DNA of 62,209 nt, filler included, from Chiloscyllium plagiosum (taxonomy: Eukaryota), in assembly GCF_004010195.1 (NCBI RefSeq). It is 3 parts of one record of this genome, joined end to end, with 100 filler letters (N's around TTAATTAATTAA, not from the genome) between each part and the next. Parts side by side here need not be neighbours in the genome. Positions count along the whole stretch, not along the records: positions 16,532 to 45,724 come from NC_057712.1; 2 more parts are not named here. The stretch is one strand, 5' to 3'. The translations under genes were made by a program, and so were the position numbers. The notes under the pieces were generated by a model, which was given only the letters and a program-made list of their open reading frames with translations, had not been told where the DNA came from and did not search any database. Shown piece after piece: positions 25,616 through 38,023 of this stretch. Position 1 is the first letter of the stretch. Every line of letters begins with the position of its first letter.

Positions 25616-26359
25616 ACTCAGACCTCTACATACTTATTGATAAACTCTGTGACGTTCGTGGCATACTCAGCTAGGTTGGCCACTGAGTTCTTCAATATGG
25701 ACCAGTCCACTGACTCCAAGCACTCACATAGATGCTTGTCCATTACTTCAGACCAGTACTGTGTGACCTTCTGTGCTGGATCCTCATGCTTCAGTTTCTG
25801 CTTGTAAGCCAGGAGGAGGAGCACAGCTTTATGGTCTGATTTACCAAAACATGGGAGGGGAATGGAGTGGCCTATGTGGCAATGGTCCTGGGTGCTTGGG
25901 CTTCTGGAGGGACAGGAGACATGTTGGTGGTATCTTGGTAGCACAGTCTCGGTATAAGTCATTGGTTACGATGAACAAGGCCTTGGGGTAATCCGTCTCA
26001 ATGTTATTTGTGGCAGTATATGTTTCATGAAGGAAGAGAGTACAGAGGAGATTTACTGGAATGTTGCCTGGGCTGGAGATTTTCAGTTCTGAAGAGGGAT
26101 TGGACAGATAGGGGTTGTTTTCTTTATCGTAAAAAAAGCAGGAATCTGGAACTCACTGCCTGTGAGGATAGTAGAGGCAGAAACACACATAACATTTAAG
26201 AAGCATTTAGATGTGTATTTGTGATGCCAAGGCATACAAGGCTATGGGTCAAGTGCTGGAAAATGAGATTAGAATTGTTTGGTGTTTGTTTTTGACTGGT
26301 ATGGGTATAATGGACCAAAGGGCTTTTTTCTATCCTATTGATCTCTATGATTCTATTGA

Positions 26360-27490
26360 GCACAGGGAAAATTTAATTTGACAACCTTGCTGGAGTTCTT
26401 AATGAGAAATGATGAGACAATTGTTGTTGATGTGGTGTCCATGAACTTTCAGCAGGCATTTGATACAACGCCGCAAAAGAGACTTGTGAGCAAAGTGATG
26501 GCTCATGGAATAAAAGAACAATGACTGAATACAATGAAATGGAGTGATAGTTGATGGATTTTCTTTAGGCTGAAGGAAGGTTTGTAGTGTAATGTCCAAG
26601 GGGTCAGTGTTGGTACTTTTGTTTTTCCTGATATATATTAATGACTTAGATCTTGGTGTACGGAGCACAAATTGCAAAATCTGCAGATGATACATAACTT
26701 TGAAGCATTGTGAACCATGAGAAGACAATGTAGAACTTCAAAAAGACACAGACAAGTTGGTGAAAAGAGCAAACAGATGAAGGTGAAAGTGAAGAATTGT
26801 GTTGTGATGTACGTTGACAGAAAGAACATGGAGAGACAATATAAAATAAGGGACAGAAGTCTCAAGGGTGTGCAGGTGCAGAGGGAGTTTATATCTTCAA
26901 TATCATTGAAAGTGGCAGGACTGGTTAAGAAAGTGGTTAATAAAGCATACAATAACTAAGGCTTTATGAATATGAGCTTTGAGTACAAGAACAAATAAAT
27001 TACATTGAACATATATTTATGAGTTCAATCTCTGTTAGAGTATTCCATTCAGTTTGTGGCACTGAATTTTAAGAAGGATGCGAAGGCATTGGAGAGAATG
27101 CAGATAACATGCATGAGAATAGTTCAGGGATGAGGAACTGCAGTTATAAAGATAAATTGGAGATGTTCTGAATGTTTTCCTTAGAAGAGTGAAAACTCAA
27201 GGATTTGATAGAATTATTATGTGGTATCTTGGCAGAAGGAGAAACTGTTCTTACTGTGGAAAGGATTGAGAATGAGAGGGCACAGATTTAAATTCATTAC
27301 CAAAAGAAGAGATGATGACTTAAGGAAAATGTTTTCCTGTATCAAGTGGTTAAGGTCCAGTATACGCTACTTGTGGAGACAGGATCAACTGAAGCATTCA
27401 AAGGGATTTAGACTGCTATCCAAAAAGGAAGCAAGTGCAGTGTTATGGGAAGTAGTTATGGGAAGAAGGCAAGGGAATGACACTAAGAAA
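26360..27490 (+). mobile_element. Old CR1 RT-to-3' fragment
   Basis: Residual MNFQQAFD, QGSVL, FLIYINDL and KSADDT blocks. Confidence 0.75.
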
Positions 27491-27524
27491 TAACACTTCT
27501 TTTGCCATGTGATTTTATGTCCAT

Positions 27525-27783
27525 TTTATTTTATTTCAAAAATATACTTTATTCATAAAATATTTTGATGATCTGTACAATTGGTCATGCCATACGTACG
27601 TAAACATTCCATTTCTTGGCATACAGAGACAGAATAATCATTCATATATACAGGTCTGTACAATTACTATCCACATATTTAGCAGGGGGGGTCAATGGAG
27701 CCCCCTTACTGCGTCGGACCCCTGTGCTTAGGCAGGCAGACGTTACACGGTGGTCTTTCCCCACCGCGCCTTGGCAGCAGCTG
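27525..27783 (-). mobile_element. L1/Tx1-like LINE 3' end
   Basis: Minus strand ends AAAKARWGKTTV*, followed by a 3' UTR with AATAAA and an A-rich tail. Confidence 0.55.
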
Positions 27784-28802
27784 TATGTCCCCATCAATGA
27801 ATTTGGATTCCTGACTAGGCAGAACGAGGTGAGATTAAAAACAATGATCAGAGCTAGACTTCTTTAAATCTCTGTTTAGTATATATCAACTCTCAATATT
27901 ACTCATGGTAATTTTGTCATACAGAACACAAGTAATGTTGAAAAAAGACATGTATTATCAAAGCTTTTCATCTTCTGCTCATCGTGACAATTTAATGAAA
28001 ATTCAACATTTCTACTGAATGAGAGGAGAGAGTTCTGATTGGTTTGGAAATGAACTTTGATTGGTAAAGACAGTAGAATGTAACATGCATGTGTTAATGA
28101 TGACTGATAGTTAAATGTCAGACCTTGTTTAATTTTATTCAGACAGGTTGATCAAAACATCACCCTGACGAACTTATCAGTGACTAGCTGTCATCTGTTC
28201 TTTTGAGTGGAAGCAGATATGGCAGAAAGCACAATGTTCTTTCTGGATGCAATCAACAGGGCCCTTTGTCAGTTGGGCTCACAGTGTAACGTACTTTCAT
28301 ACACAGGAAACTGCACAGCAAAACAAACTCAATCATCCCAACCCAAGAACATTTCTGGATGAGTATCCATAGCACAACCATCTTGTAGTGTTTCATGAAT
28401 GGCCTTTCTTCTATCATAAAGTCAGAAATGGGAATGTTCACCAATGATTGCACAATGTTCAGCACCATTCATAGCTGTTCACGTAATGAAGTGGTTTCTG
28501 CTCTTATCCACGAAGATCTGGACATCCAAGCTTGGGCTGAGAAGTAACAAGAAACATTCACTTCTGACATGTACCAGACAACAATGAAATAATCTAATCA
28601 TTGCTCATTAATTAATTGATATGGGTGGGGTGGGGGGGGGGGTGCGGGGGTGTGTGTGTGTGGAGGTTTTCAACTGACTACAAGCTGAGCTGAGCTGGAC
28701 TAGTCATCTAAATACAATGGCTACAAGAGTGGGCCAGAGACTGGGAATTCTATGGCGACTAACTCACTTTGTTTCTCCTTAATGCCTGCCCATCACTTAA
28801 AT

Positions 28803-30657
28803 AAAGTTAAAAATCAAGTAACACCAGGTTATAGTCCAGCAAGTTTATTTGGAAGTACTAGCTTTCAGAGTGCAGCTCCTTCATCAGGTAACTAGCGGGA
28901 TAGGATCATAAGACACAGAATTTATAGCAAAAAATCACAGTGACATGGAATTGAGACGATCTATTAAACAAACCTAGATTGCTGATAAATCTTTCAACTT
29001 TTAGATTAGGTTGCAGGTTTCAGTTCATTAATATGTAAATCCCAGAACTTCCTTTAAATCACATTCTGGAGCTAACTTAGGGTTTTAAAAAGCATGGTGA
29101 CATCTCAGCTCAGACAATGAATTAAAGGTGTGAAGTTAGAGTCTGTCTGTATCGCAATCTTGAATCAAACTGGTTGTGTTTCCAAAGTAGGAATTTATAA
29201 AATGTTATACGGATTGACTACCTGCCAGTTGTGTGCTTTTTGAGCAAAAATAGAATGCATCTGCAAATCAATTTTGCAAATGCAAATTCACCCCATAGAC
29301 TTATATGCATGTGTGTGTGTGCATATGAGAGAGAGAGTGTGTGAGTATGTGTCTGTGAGTGTGACGGTGTGGGCGTAGGTGTCAGTGTGGTGGGTGCATA
29401 TGTGTGTGTTTGAGAGAGAACGTGTGTATGAGAGAGGGTCTGCGTGAGTGTGTGAGTATGTAAGAGTGTGTGTGCATGTGCACTTGTGTGTGTGTGAGTG
29501 TATAATGTAGTGGTGTAGTGGTGTAACCTGTCGTGCGACATGAACCCAAGTCCCAGTTGAGGCCATCATCATGGATACCGAATCCATGAGGATGTCACAC
29601 CCACGCACACACTCCACCATGCACACACACACAAACATACACTCTCTCAAGTGCAGTCGCAGTCTCTCACACACACACACACACTCACATGCACACACTC
29701 ACACTTTCTTTCTTTCTCTCCCACGCATGCACATGCACACGCACACACATGCACACACACTCACATATAAGTCTATGGGGTGAATTTGCATTTGCAGAAT
29801 TGTATTTGCAGATATATTCAATTCTTGCTCAAAAAGCACACAATCTGCAGGCATTCATTGTAGGCAGTCAATCTATATAACACTTTATAATCTTCTATTT
29901 TGGGACTCAAAATTGGGATACAGACAGACTCTAACCTCACACTTTTAATACATTGTCTGAGCAGAGCTGTCACCTTTCTTTTCCAGAACCTTAAGTTATC
30001 TCAAGAATGTGACTGAAAAGAGGTTTGGGATTTACATATTAATGAACCAAAACCTGCAATCCATTCTAAAAGATGAAAGACTTAACATCAATCTAGGTCT
30101 ATTCAATAGATCGTTTCAATTGCAGTCCACTGTAATATTTAGCTATAAGTTCTGTGTTCAAAGTTTGTGAGAAGATTTGTAGCTCGGGTGCTCGTTGTTG
30201 TGGTTCTGTTCGCCGAGCTGGGCATTTGTGTTGCAGACGTTTCGTCCCCTGTGGCTGTTCTCTGTTTGGCTTGTCCTATAATAGTAGTGTTGTCCCAGTC
30301 GAACTCATGTTGCTTGTCATCTGCGTGTGTGACTACTAAGGATAGCTGGTCATGTCGTTTCGTGGCTAGTTGGTGTTCATGGATGTAGTCCCATGCAAGG
30401 ACTGCACAAAACACTACATAGGACAAACAGGAAGACAGCTAACGATCCACATCCACGAAACGTCTGCAACACAAATGCCCAGCTCGGCGAACAGAACTAC
30501 AACAAGTTCTGTGTCTTATGATCCTGCCCCACAAGTTACCTTATAAAGGTGCAGTGCTCCGAAAGCTAGTACTTCCAAATAAACCTGCTTGACTATAATC
30601 TGGCATTGCGTGATTTTTAACTTGTCTACCCCAATCCAACACTGGCACCTCCACATC
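28803..30657. mobile_element. Older PLE with inverted pseudo-LTR arms (28803-29520 minus, 29600-30657 plus)
   Basis: Diverged inverted repeat (e.g. TTCACCCCATAGACTTATA versus TATAAGTCTATGGGGTGAA), (TG)n/(CA)n tracts, and a hammerhead-like motif at 28856-28890 on the minus strand. Confidence 0.8.
30158..30503. mobile_element. Second-family PLE fragment with an internal inversion
   Basis: TSD AAGTTCTGTGT at 30147 and 30504; PCKDCTKHYIGQTGRQL on plus and IHEHQLATKRHD..EFDWDNTTIIGQ on minus; terminal inverted repeat of about 50 bp. Confidence 0.85.
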
Positions 30658-31959
30658 ATCATTTAGATAGCACAAATCAAGAGTGTGAGAGAATACCCTC
30701 CACTTTAGTGGATGACAGCAGCTTCAATAATGCACAAAAAGTTTGATACCATCCAGAACAAAGCAGCTCACTTGATTGTCTTCACATCCATAAACATTCA
30801 CATTCCCACCAAAAATGCTCAGCAGCAGCTTTGTATACCATCCACAAGGTGCACTGCAGAAATTCACCAAAACAGCTTAGACAGCACCTTCCAAACAAAC
30901 AACAATGACCAACTAGAGGGCAAGGGCAGCAGAATCATGGAAACATCAGCACCTGAAGTTTCCACTCCAGAACACTAACCACCCTTGGAACTATACTGTT
31001 GTTTCTTGAATACAGATGGATCAAAATCCCAATGGTTCAAGTAGACAGCTTATAAATACCAGCCAATCCAGTGACACCCACATCCCACAAAATAAAACAA
31101 AATTGCTTATTTGGAGACCCGGGGGGCAATTGATCTCGTCTCCTTCATAACAATTCTGTGATTCATGGGGAGAAATGTTTTTCTCTCGATGTGGGTTGTT
31201 TGTCAGGACATGTTACACAGATTAAGTCTATATTGCAACCATTTTTGGAAGATCAGTTTTTCGATAAAAATTAATCACCTGGCCACTCATCTGCTTGACT
31301 CCCATGTCAGACAGAAAGATCTGAACTGCCCTTGTGGAGAAAAGTGCTACAAATTGACTGATCTGGCTGATTGCCAGCAGCTCCCTTTATTACGCTGTGA
31401 TATACTATGACTGCAGTACTTACTCTTGAGATTGCTTGAAGTTTGTCCCCGGGAGACTGCAAAACTTTTTCACAGCTATCAATCTGAACTACAACTTATT
31501 TTTCTGTAATTCCTGTAATTTTAACACTCTAATAAGGATAATTATGGTTAATGAAGCCTGATGGTTGGGCATCGATAGGAGAGCTTGGTTATTTTCTGTG
31601 CGGTCTACTGATATCAGCCACAGTACACCAAGGGGCTACAAATTGCAGAGGCCCCCAGTCTCTGTGTCTGACAAGGAATGCAAATTGTGAGTATCAAGAT
31701 AATTGAAATTTTATTGAGGTACCTCAGGGTGTAACATGATATTTGGAGAAAAGTTTATTGCTAATAAATGTCCTGTAATTTTCAATTTGAAATGATTTGC
31801 CCTCAGCTATATACCTGAAATGGAATTAAGACTATTATAATTATGTGGAGGCACCTCAGAGTGGAGCACACTTTCTGGTAAGAGGTTTATTGCATTTTCA
31901 AGAATTTTGAAGTTGAAATGTTTTATAATACACTCTATACATTTTACGAATAAAGTATG

Positions 31960-32257
31960 TTTAGATTAGATTACATTACAGTGTGGAAACAGGCCCTTCG
32001 GCCCAAATGATACCACACCGACCCGCAACCCACCCATACCCCTAACCTAACACTACGGGCAATTTAGCATGGCCAATTCACCTGACCTGCACATCTTTGG
32101 ACTGTGGGAGGAAACCAGAGCACCCGGAGGAAACCCACACAGACACGAGGAGGACGTGCAAACTCCACACAGTCAGTCGCCTGAGGCGAGAATTGAACCC
32201 AGGTCTCTGGCGCTGTGAGGCAGCAGTGCTAACCACTATGCCACCGTGCCACCCACA
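31960..32257 (-). mobile_element. tRNA-derived V-domain SINE (HE1-like)
   Basis: A box TGGCATAGTGG, B box GGTTCAATTC, V-domain TGTGTGGAGTTTGCAC, CR1-type tail and (AATCT)n end. Confidence 0.9.
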
Positions 32258-32484
32258 AAGGTGACAGGGTGGAAGGTATGGGGGAATGTCAGGGGTAGGT
32301 TCTTTACCCAGGTTCTTTACATGCGCTGCCTGTGGGAGTGGTAGAGTCAGAATCATTGGTGACCTTAAAGCGGCAATTGGGTAGGTACATGGATGGGTGC
32401 TTAAGCTAGGACAAATGTTCGGCACAACATCGTGGGCCGAAGGGCCTGTTCTGTGCTGTATTGTTCTATGTTCTAAGTTCTATC
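32258..32484 (+). mobile_element. CR1 3' end
   Basis: GGGCCGAAGGGCCTGTTCTGTGCTGTA plus (TTCTATG)n tail. Confidence 0.8.
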
Positions 32485-32548
32485 TTTAAGGGAAGAAAAC
32501 AAAGTTAGATTGAATTCTCACTCACATTTGCTCCTTTCATCTCTACAT

Positions 32549-33335
32549 TGTTACATCACAGGGTAAACCCTCCTGCTTAATTTAAACCTGCAACACAGAA
32601 AAGATTTATCCTATGCAGTAATCTGTGAAAATTTGAGAGACCAATAATTATCCCAAAGGTCACTATTTAAAGTAAAAGTTAACAACAGTCACACTTTATT
32701 TCTTAAAGTATAACAGAGAATAATTAACTAACAACTATTTACAACTCCCTTCTCTAACCTATCTTTTACCTGCCCCTTCTACAATACTAGTCCGATAAAA
32801 CCCCCAATTAAGATTTACCAAAAAATTCAAATTTCAAAACCAGGCAGCTGTTAAATCTTCTCTTGGTGTCTTCCTCTGTAGATTTTCTTCTTCTTAGGGA
32901 TTTTCCTTGGATGCTGCCTGAACTGCTGTGCTCTTCCAGCACCACTAATCCAGAATCCCATTTCTGTTTCATAGTTCACTGATCAATAAAGGTACCTTAA
33001 AGAGAGTTATTTTTCAGGCAGTCTGTACATGCTGGTGGCTTGAAAGTTCTCTTTCAACTGTTCAAGTTTCCCCGGTCTTATAGCCCCAAAGCATCAGATT
33101 GTGTCATTGGCTTTCAGATTGTCAATATACTCAATTAAAACTTCAGATTGGAATTTTCTATTTTTGAGGTATAATTTAAACTGATTGGCCAAATTCGCAT
33201 ATGGTTTTGTATCCAGGCATTCAGCTATTCTAGCTATGGACCAAACGTTACAATGTAACTTCTCCAGAACTCTGTGTGCCTCTCTAAATCCTTCACTCTC
33301 TTAAATGTACAGTACACTTAAACATCTTCATAACA
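32549..33335 (-). mobile_element. Solo LTR (probably Gypsy-type), with a small PLE tail inserted at about 32905-32958
   Basis: TGTTA...TAACA termini, flanks ACAT/ATAT (4-bp TSD with one mismatch), AATAAA on the minus strand near 32695. Confidence 0.6.
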
Positions 33336-36300
33336 ATATACATGTGAGAAAATGATACCACTACCGGTAAACTCATATTGCATTCTTTAATGAGCTCTCA
33401 GTTAGATTTTCCAGATAAAACATTTTCCTTGGAAGACTTCAAATTAAACACCACAAGTTATACATGTTTAGCAACAACAGAAATCCAAATAACTAGAATG
33501 GAAAACAAAATTTTCTCAATGACATTAATTTTTCCAGTTTTCATTTAGGATGTAACTGCTAACTTTGCAAGCTGGTTTTGGAAAAAAAATGTTTGTTTTA
33601 GAATGAATGGAACTGATAGAATTGAAGGTGCGATCTGCTCTAAATTGATCATTTATATGGTTTCACAAGTGAAAGAGTGGCCTTGTTATTCGCTTTAGTG
33701 TCACAAACTGGTGAGTTCATTACAAATGCACCCGAGCAGCTGATGGAAGTTGTGACAGCCCAGGACACTGAGTATCTACTGAAGGCTGCAGGTGGTGAGG
33801 ACCGTACTAAGTCCCAGGTTCAAATATAGATCTCTGAGGTTAGCCCACCTACTGGAGCAGCAGGAAGTGATTAACTCTCTGGCAAAATTGTCAGTCTGCA
33901 TATGTTTATGCATAGATGGTGGAGTACCCCAACCAGACAATGGGCTACCCTATCGCAGAATGTGTACATGGCCCAAATAAGAGATTGTGACCATCATGAA
34001 GTGCCAGATGAAGCAGCCACTCAGTGGACACACACAGACCTGAATACCATCAGTTTGCTCATGGTTGGGTGACAGCCGGGGATGTTACATGATATGCCAA
34101 AGTCTCCAGGTCATTATCCTTTGCTGGTCAGTAAAGAACAACATTTATCCATTGTTTATGAAATGACAAACAGCTGGCCTTTACATCTCAGAGTGTTTCT
34201 GCTATGGACAGTGGGGTTTTAAGTCCTTTGCTAATACCTCCAATACCTCAACAAACCTCAACAACAGAGAAGAGCTTAGCATTTGTAGAGGAGGGGTAGC
34301 CAGAGGGGTTACAAAGCTCATCTGAGTTTTGTGGGAGGCTGGCCCATTATCAACCTACTTCTATGTTACCTGCTAGGACAAGCCTGGGCCCTCATAGAAT
34401 ACAGATTTAAGAAAAGTGCTGAATCGCTCTTGGGATTCCTGGGTCATTACTGTTTTGTAATGTTGAGTAATGTTTCTTTACTGGAAACTTAGGCATCTCA
34501 TAAATCCTTCATTCAATTTTCCTGTTTTGTTACTTTATGTCCTGATATCCTCTGGGATCTACAGGTGATTGAATTATTGGAATGGAAAGCCTTATTTCTG
34601 TTCCACCATTCAATAACATGTTTCTGTGCTTTTGTTGCTTACTCTTTCAATCCTCATTGCCCTTTGAAATGTCATCCACAGGCATGTTCCCTTGATGGAC
34701 TGAAGTCTTTGTGCCCTGTAATACCCTGGGTATTGGGCAATTGAGTATAAACTGTTGGAGGCAGTAGTTGAGGCTTTATTGAAATGTTTCTGAAATGCTC
34801 CAAGAAGCTGGGAATCACTCTGAATTAGACAGTCTCAAGCAGTCCTTATTCACAACTAATTACACCTTGCATGGAGTTCCAAAATGTTCCTCATCTTTCA
34901 TTGCCTGCTCAGAAAATTGATCCACAACCTCATCATTAAAGGAGACAGCTTGATGAGTGACACCCTCATGTTCAGCATTTCCATTCGCTTCACTGACTTT
35001 GTTGCTCAGACATCTGGAGAAAGTTCAGCCAAGGTGGCACATACTGGACATATGTTTTTCCATGCCCACACTTGCACAGCTGGCCCTCTTGCTTTTCTGA
35101 GGCTGCTGATGTCTCTTTCTCTCTCTCTGCAGTGTCTCGATCTGTCACTCTCTGATCTGTGTTTTGTTGCCAACTGGGTTAAAAGGCCTGGCTGAATTAA
35201 ATCTGTTGTAGCTGGCCTTGCTCTGAATCATGATCAACTTACCTCAATTCCCCAAGGATGCTCCTGAGATCTCATGTCAGTGCAAGTATTATTGTCCTTA
35301 AATGACATTGACATACATTCCAGCACCTCCTCGCTCTTTTGCTAATGTCTGACATCATTGTCTGTAAACAATCCTTGCTGCCACTATTTGTTGGCTCTAC
35401 CATTGGCTTCAATGGAGCATTTTCCCCTGCTTCCATCTAGCTGCCACCTCTTTTCACCAGGCAATGTTCCAAAGATCTGTGGCTTCCTTGAGTAATCCAA
35501 ATACAAATTGGCAGTACAATTTCATTAATTGGTGTTTGAAATATATCCAATTGTGTCTCACTGCTTTGATGGATAAATTCATCCAACATGGCTCCTGTTA
35601 CTGGTAAAATCCCAAAATAATGGAACAATGCTGGCCTTCCGGTCATCACAGGCTGCTCCAGTTTCACAGCTTCCCACCACTCTCCACTGATCACCTGTGG
35701 TTGTACGATCAAGCAAAATCCCACCTTATGTCTATAAATAAGATCATCACGTAAAAGCAAGCAAATGTGGAAGGGAAAGAGGATAAGGATTGTTTTTTAG
35801 GGAGGTGCCAGTGCAAAAGTTGGAGAAATAATTATTTTTGATGCTTCTCACTAGCATTAGATTGAGAAGAGTGAAACAAAGAGGGAGCACTACAATTTAG
35901 CTGGACTTTGGAGGAATAACAAATAATGTGTTTCACTGTGCTAAAGGCAACAGAATGTTTGAGGAGACAAGAAAATATAATGCATAATGACAGTCACAGA
36001 GGGATTATTCAAATAGTGTTTGGGTCAAACAAGGACCAAGCCAGAGAGGAAGCCCACAGAATGGCCAGGCTACTTTAAACTTTAACTTCATTTCAATATT
36101 TTAGCACTTACCCTACCTTAAACCAGGAGGAGTGACATCACTGCTGTTGGCTGGAAATTGCCCTTGGCATAAGGTACTGCTGGGAGAATGTTTATGAAAA
36201 CAATTTGAATGAAAGGACGAAAGAGGCCCAAGGGCCGAGGACTCCATCCCCTGGACTTTAAGAATTCCACATAATAGTAACATGCTTTAAAACTTTTGAG

Positions 36301-37055
36301 TGCTCTTCCTCAACTTTGTTATTTTCAAAATCAAAGGTTGATAGATTGTTAAGTTGAAGGAGATAGGTATTAGAGATAGGAGGGAATGTGGGATAATAAA
36401 AAAAAAGAGCCATGATCTTATTCAATGGTGGAGCAGGTTCAAGGAGTTGAATGGTGCCCGCTACTCCTAATTTATATATTTGTATGTTTGAGTGTATTTT
36501 CATAGAACACCTCGGCGTTTTCTGGCTACTTCGCAAATTGCACAATGGAAGAGCTGGTAGAGTTGATCCTTTGCAGATACCCCTAAATCTGCAATTAGAA
36601 TGCTGCTGCCATGCCATTCTTCTGCACCTGAGATATGCAGTGTGTCTCACCCACATCAACGATAACTCCCCATTTCTGAGAATGTTCCTCTCAGGACAGG
36701 ATTAAAAAAGCAATCTATGTCTTATCAAGGTAGTCTGTTTTATATTTAATAATGAGGTTCCTGCTAGAATTTAGCTGGTGGCTCATCCAGTGCTAAAACC
36801 AGTAGCATTAAAATTCCAAATCATTATATAAATATTATGATTGGGTTTTGGATAGTTTTGGCAGATGAGAACTGGAAGCTATGCTAGTGCAAACTAATGA
36901 ATATTTATTAATTATTTACACTATTTACAGAGACCCATTTATGAACAGAACTCCATCAGCACTTTCTTCCCTCAAGTCCTAGTCCCATGTGCTGTGACGT
37001 CATCTGACATCACTAATGATGCACTCCCGCTTTCAGCTTAATGACCGTTAACCTT

Positions 37056-38023
37056 TGTAAAGACTATGCTGTTTCATTTTTCTGTGTCTATGATTCTGGT
37101 CAGAAATGAGAAAAGGATTGTTTTTTAAACCAAGAATTGCTGACGGTTTGTTGTAATTTTGAAAGCGATTAAACTAATATTCATTGTGAGCATTGTTTAC
37201 CAAGTTGCCAGTTCAAACAGGAGTAGAATGTTTGCTTATGAACCAGAGCCAAGGGCTGTATACAAATGGAGATTCAACTGTCAACAAATAGCTGATTGGT
37301 CTGTGAACTACTGATGAATTATCACTGACAAAGGCCCCTACCTGTCAACAAATACATGATCAGCTTCCAGGTAGCTAAACAACTTTGGACTTGGAACAAG
37401 ACAGTGAGAAGCCATCAAATGTTCACAGACTCAGGAGGCTCTGTTCTTTGTAGTTGGAAACATTTTAATTTCAAAGAAACAATTTATTTTTCCTTCAGCA
37501 GTTGCTGGAAGCTGTGATTTTTCTAAACAATAAGTCAGAGGCCTTTATAAGTGTGAACCAGTCACCCTACGTCTCTTGTAAACAAGTGAAAGCACCTTAA
37601 AAAGAAAGGAATAGAAGCAGCATTCTGATCATCACAAGGATAATCTCAGTAAATCCTATGAAGAAGGATCACTGAACTGTTTTCCAGTTTTTTTCCTTCA
37701 CCCATAATACCTAAGTTATTTTTTTCCTGTCTGTGTCTGTTTGTACATGTCTGTACCTAAGGGAAGTTTATACGGGGGTTAGCGTTTTAACTAGTAGAGT
37801 TACATATCATCAGTCTGTAATTGTTTAGTTGTAGCTGGAGTCTATTTATTTTTCATAAATGGTAATCCTTATTAAGTGCAGAAATTTGCTCCATGCTTTC
37901 TGCAAACCTGGTATTGAAAAAATTGGGGAATTTGGAGTACTTGTTAAACTTTTTTAAATTTTGTGACTTTGAGAGTAGGAGGGCTTGATTTCCAGTGTGC
38001 AACCACATTGAGGCAGGGCACCA
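37056..38023 (+). mobile_element. Possible old solo LTR
   Basis: Starts TGTAAAGAC with LTR-like length and composition; the 3' terminus and TSD are not clean. Confidence 0.3.

Larger units (their letters stand above)
22210..26010 (-). mobile_element. Rex1/Babar-like LINE (endonuclease end to 3' tail), interrupted at about 24062-25617
   Basis: FGKSDHKAVLLL, CLNNYRPVTLT, LDPLQF, DFSS, QGYVLS, YKFADDTTVV and IESIL peptides. Confidence 0.85.
21230..26355 (+). mobile_element. Decayed CR1 hosting nested insertions (own sequence 21230-22205 and 26030-26355)
   Basis: MEFNLNKCEVMHLG peptide; the CR1 sequence stops at ..ATGATTGCAC and resumes at ..AGAGTACAGAGGAGATTT. Confidence 0.8.
28330..31090 (+). 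mobile_element. Old non-LTR retrotransposon (CR1/L2-group-like), split by the PLE block 28803-30657
   Basis: GMFTNDCTMF (FADD box) and DLDIQAWAEK; resumes at about 30660 with KFDTIQNKAAHLI. Confidence 0.6.

Noticed and set aside
29218..29880. His/Thr-rich and Cys/Val-rich ORFs
   Set aside because: Translations of (CA)n/(TG)n microsatellite in PLE tails.
32160..32257. tRNA-like A and B boxes (also about 43700, 50900 and 59780)
   Set aside because: These are SINE heads fused to a V-domain and CR1-type tail, not tRNA genes.
33780..35450. Faint Harbinger-like peptide echoes
   Set aside because: Too degenerate to support by eye; needs a profile search.
36490..36610. Possible exon in unique sequence (either strand)
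   Set aside because: Short frames with no recognisable protein family and weak splice signals.
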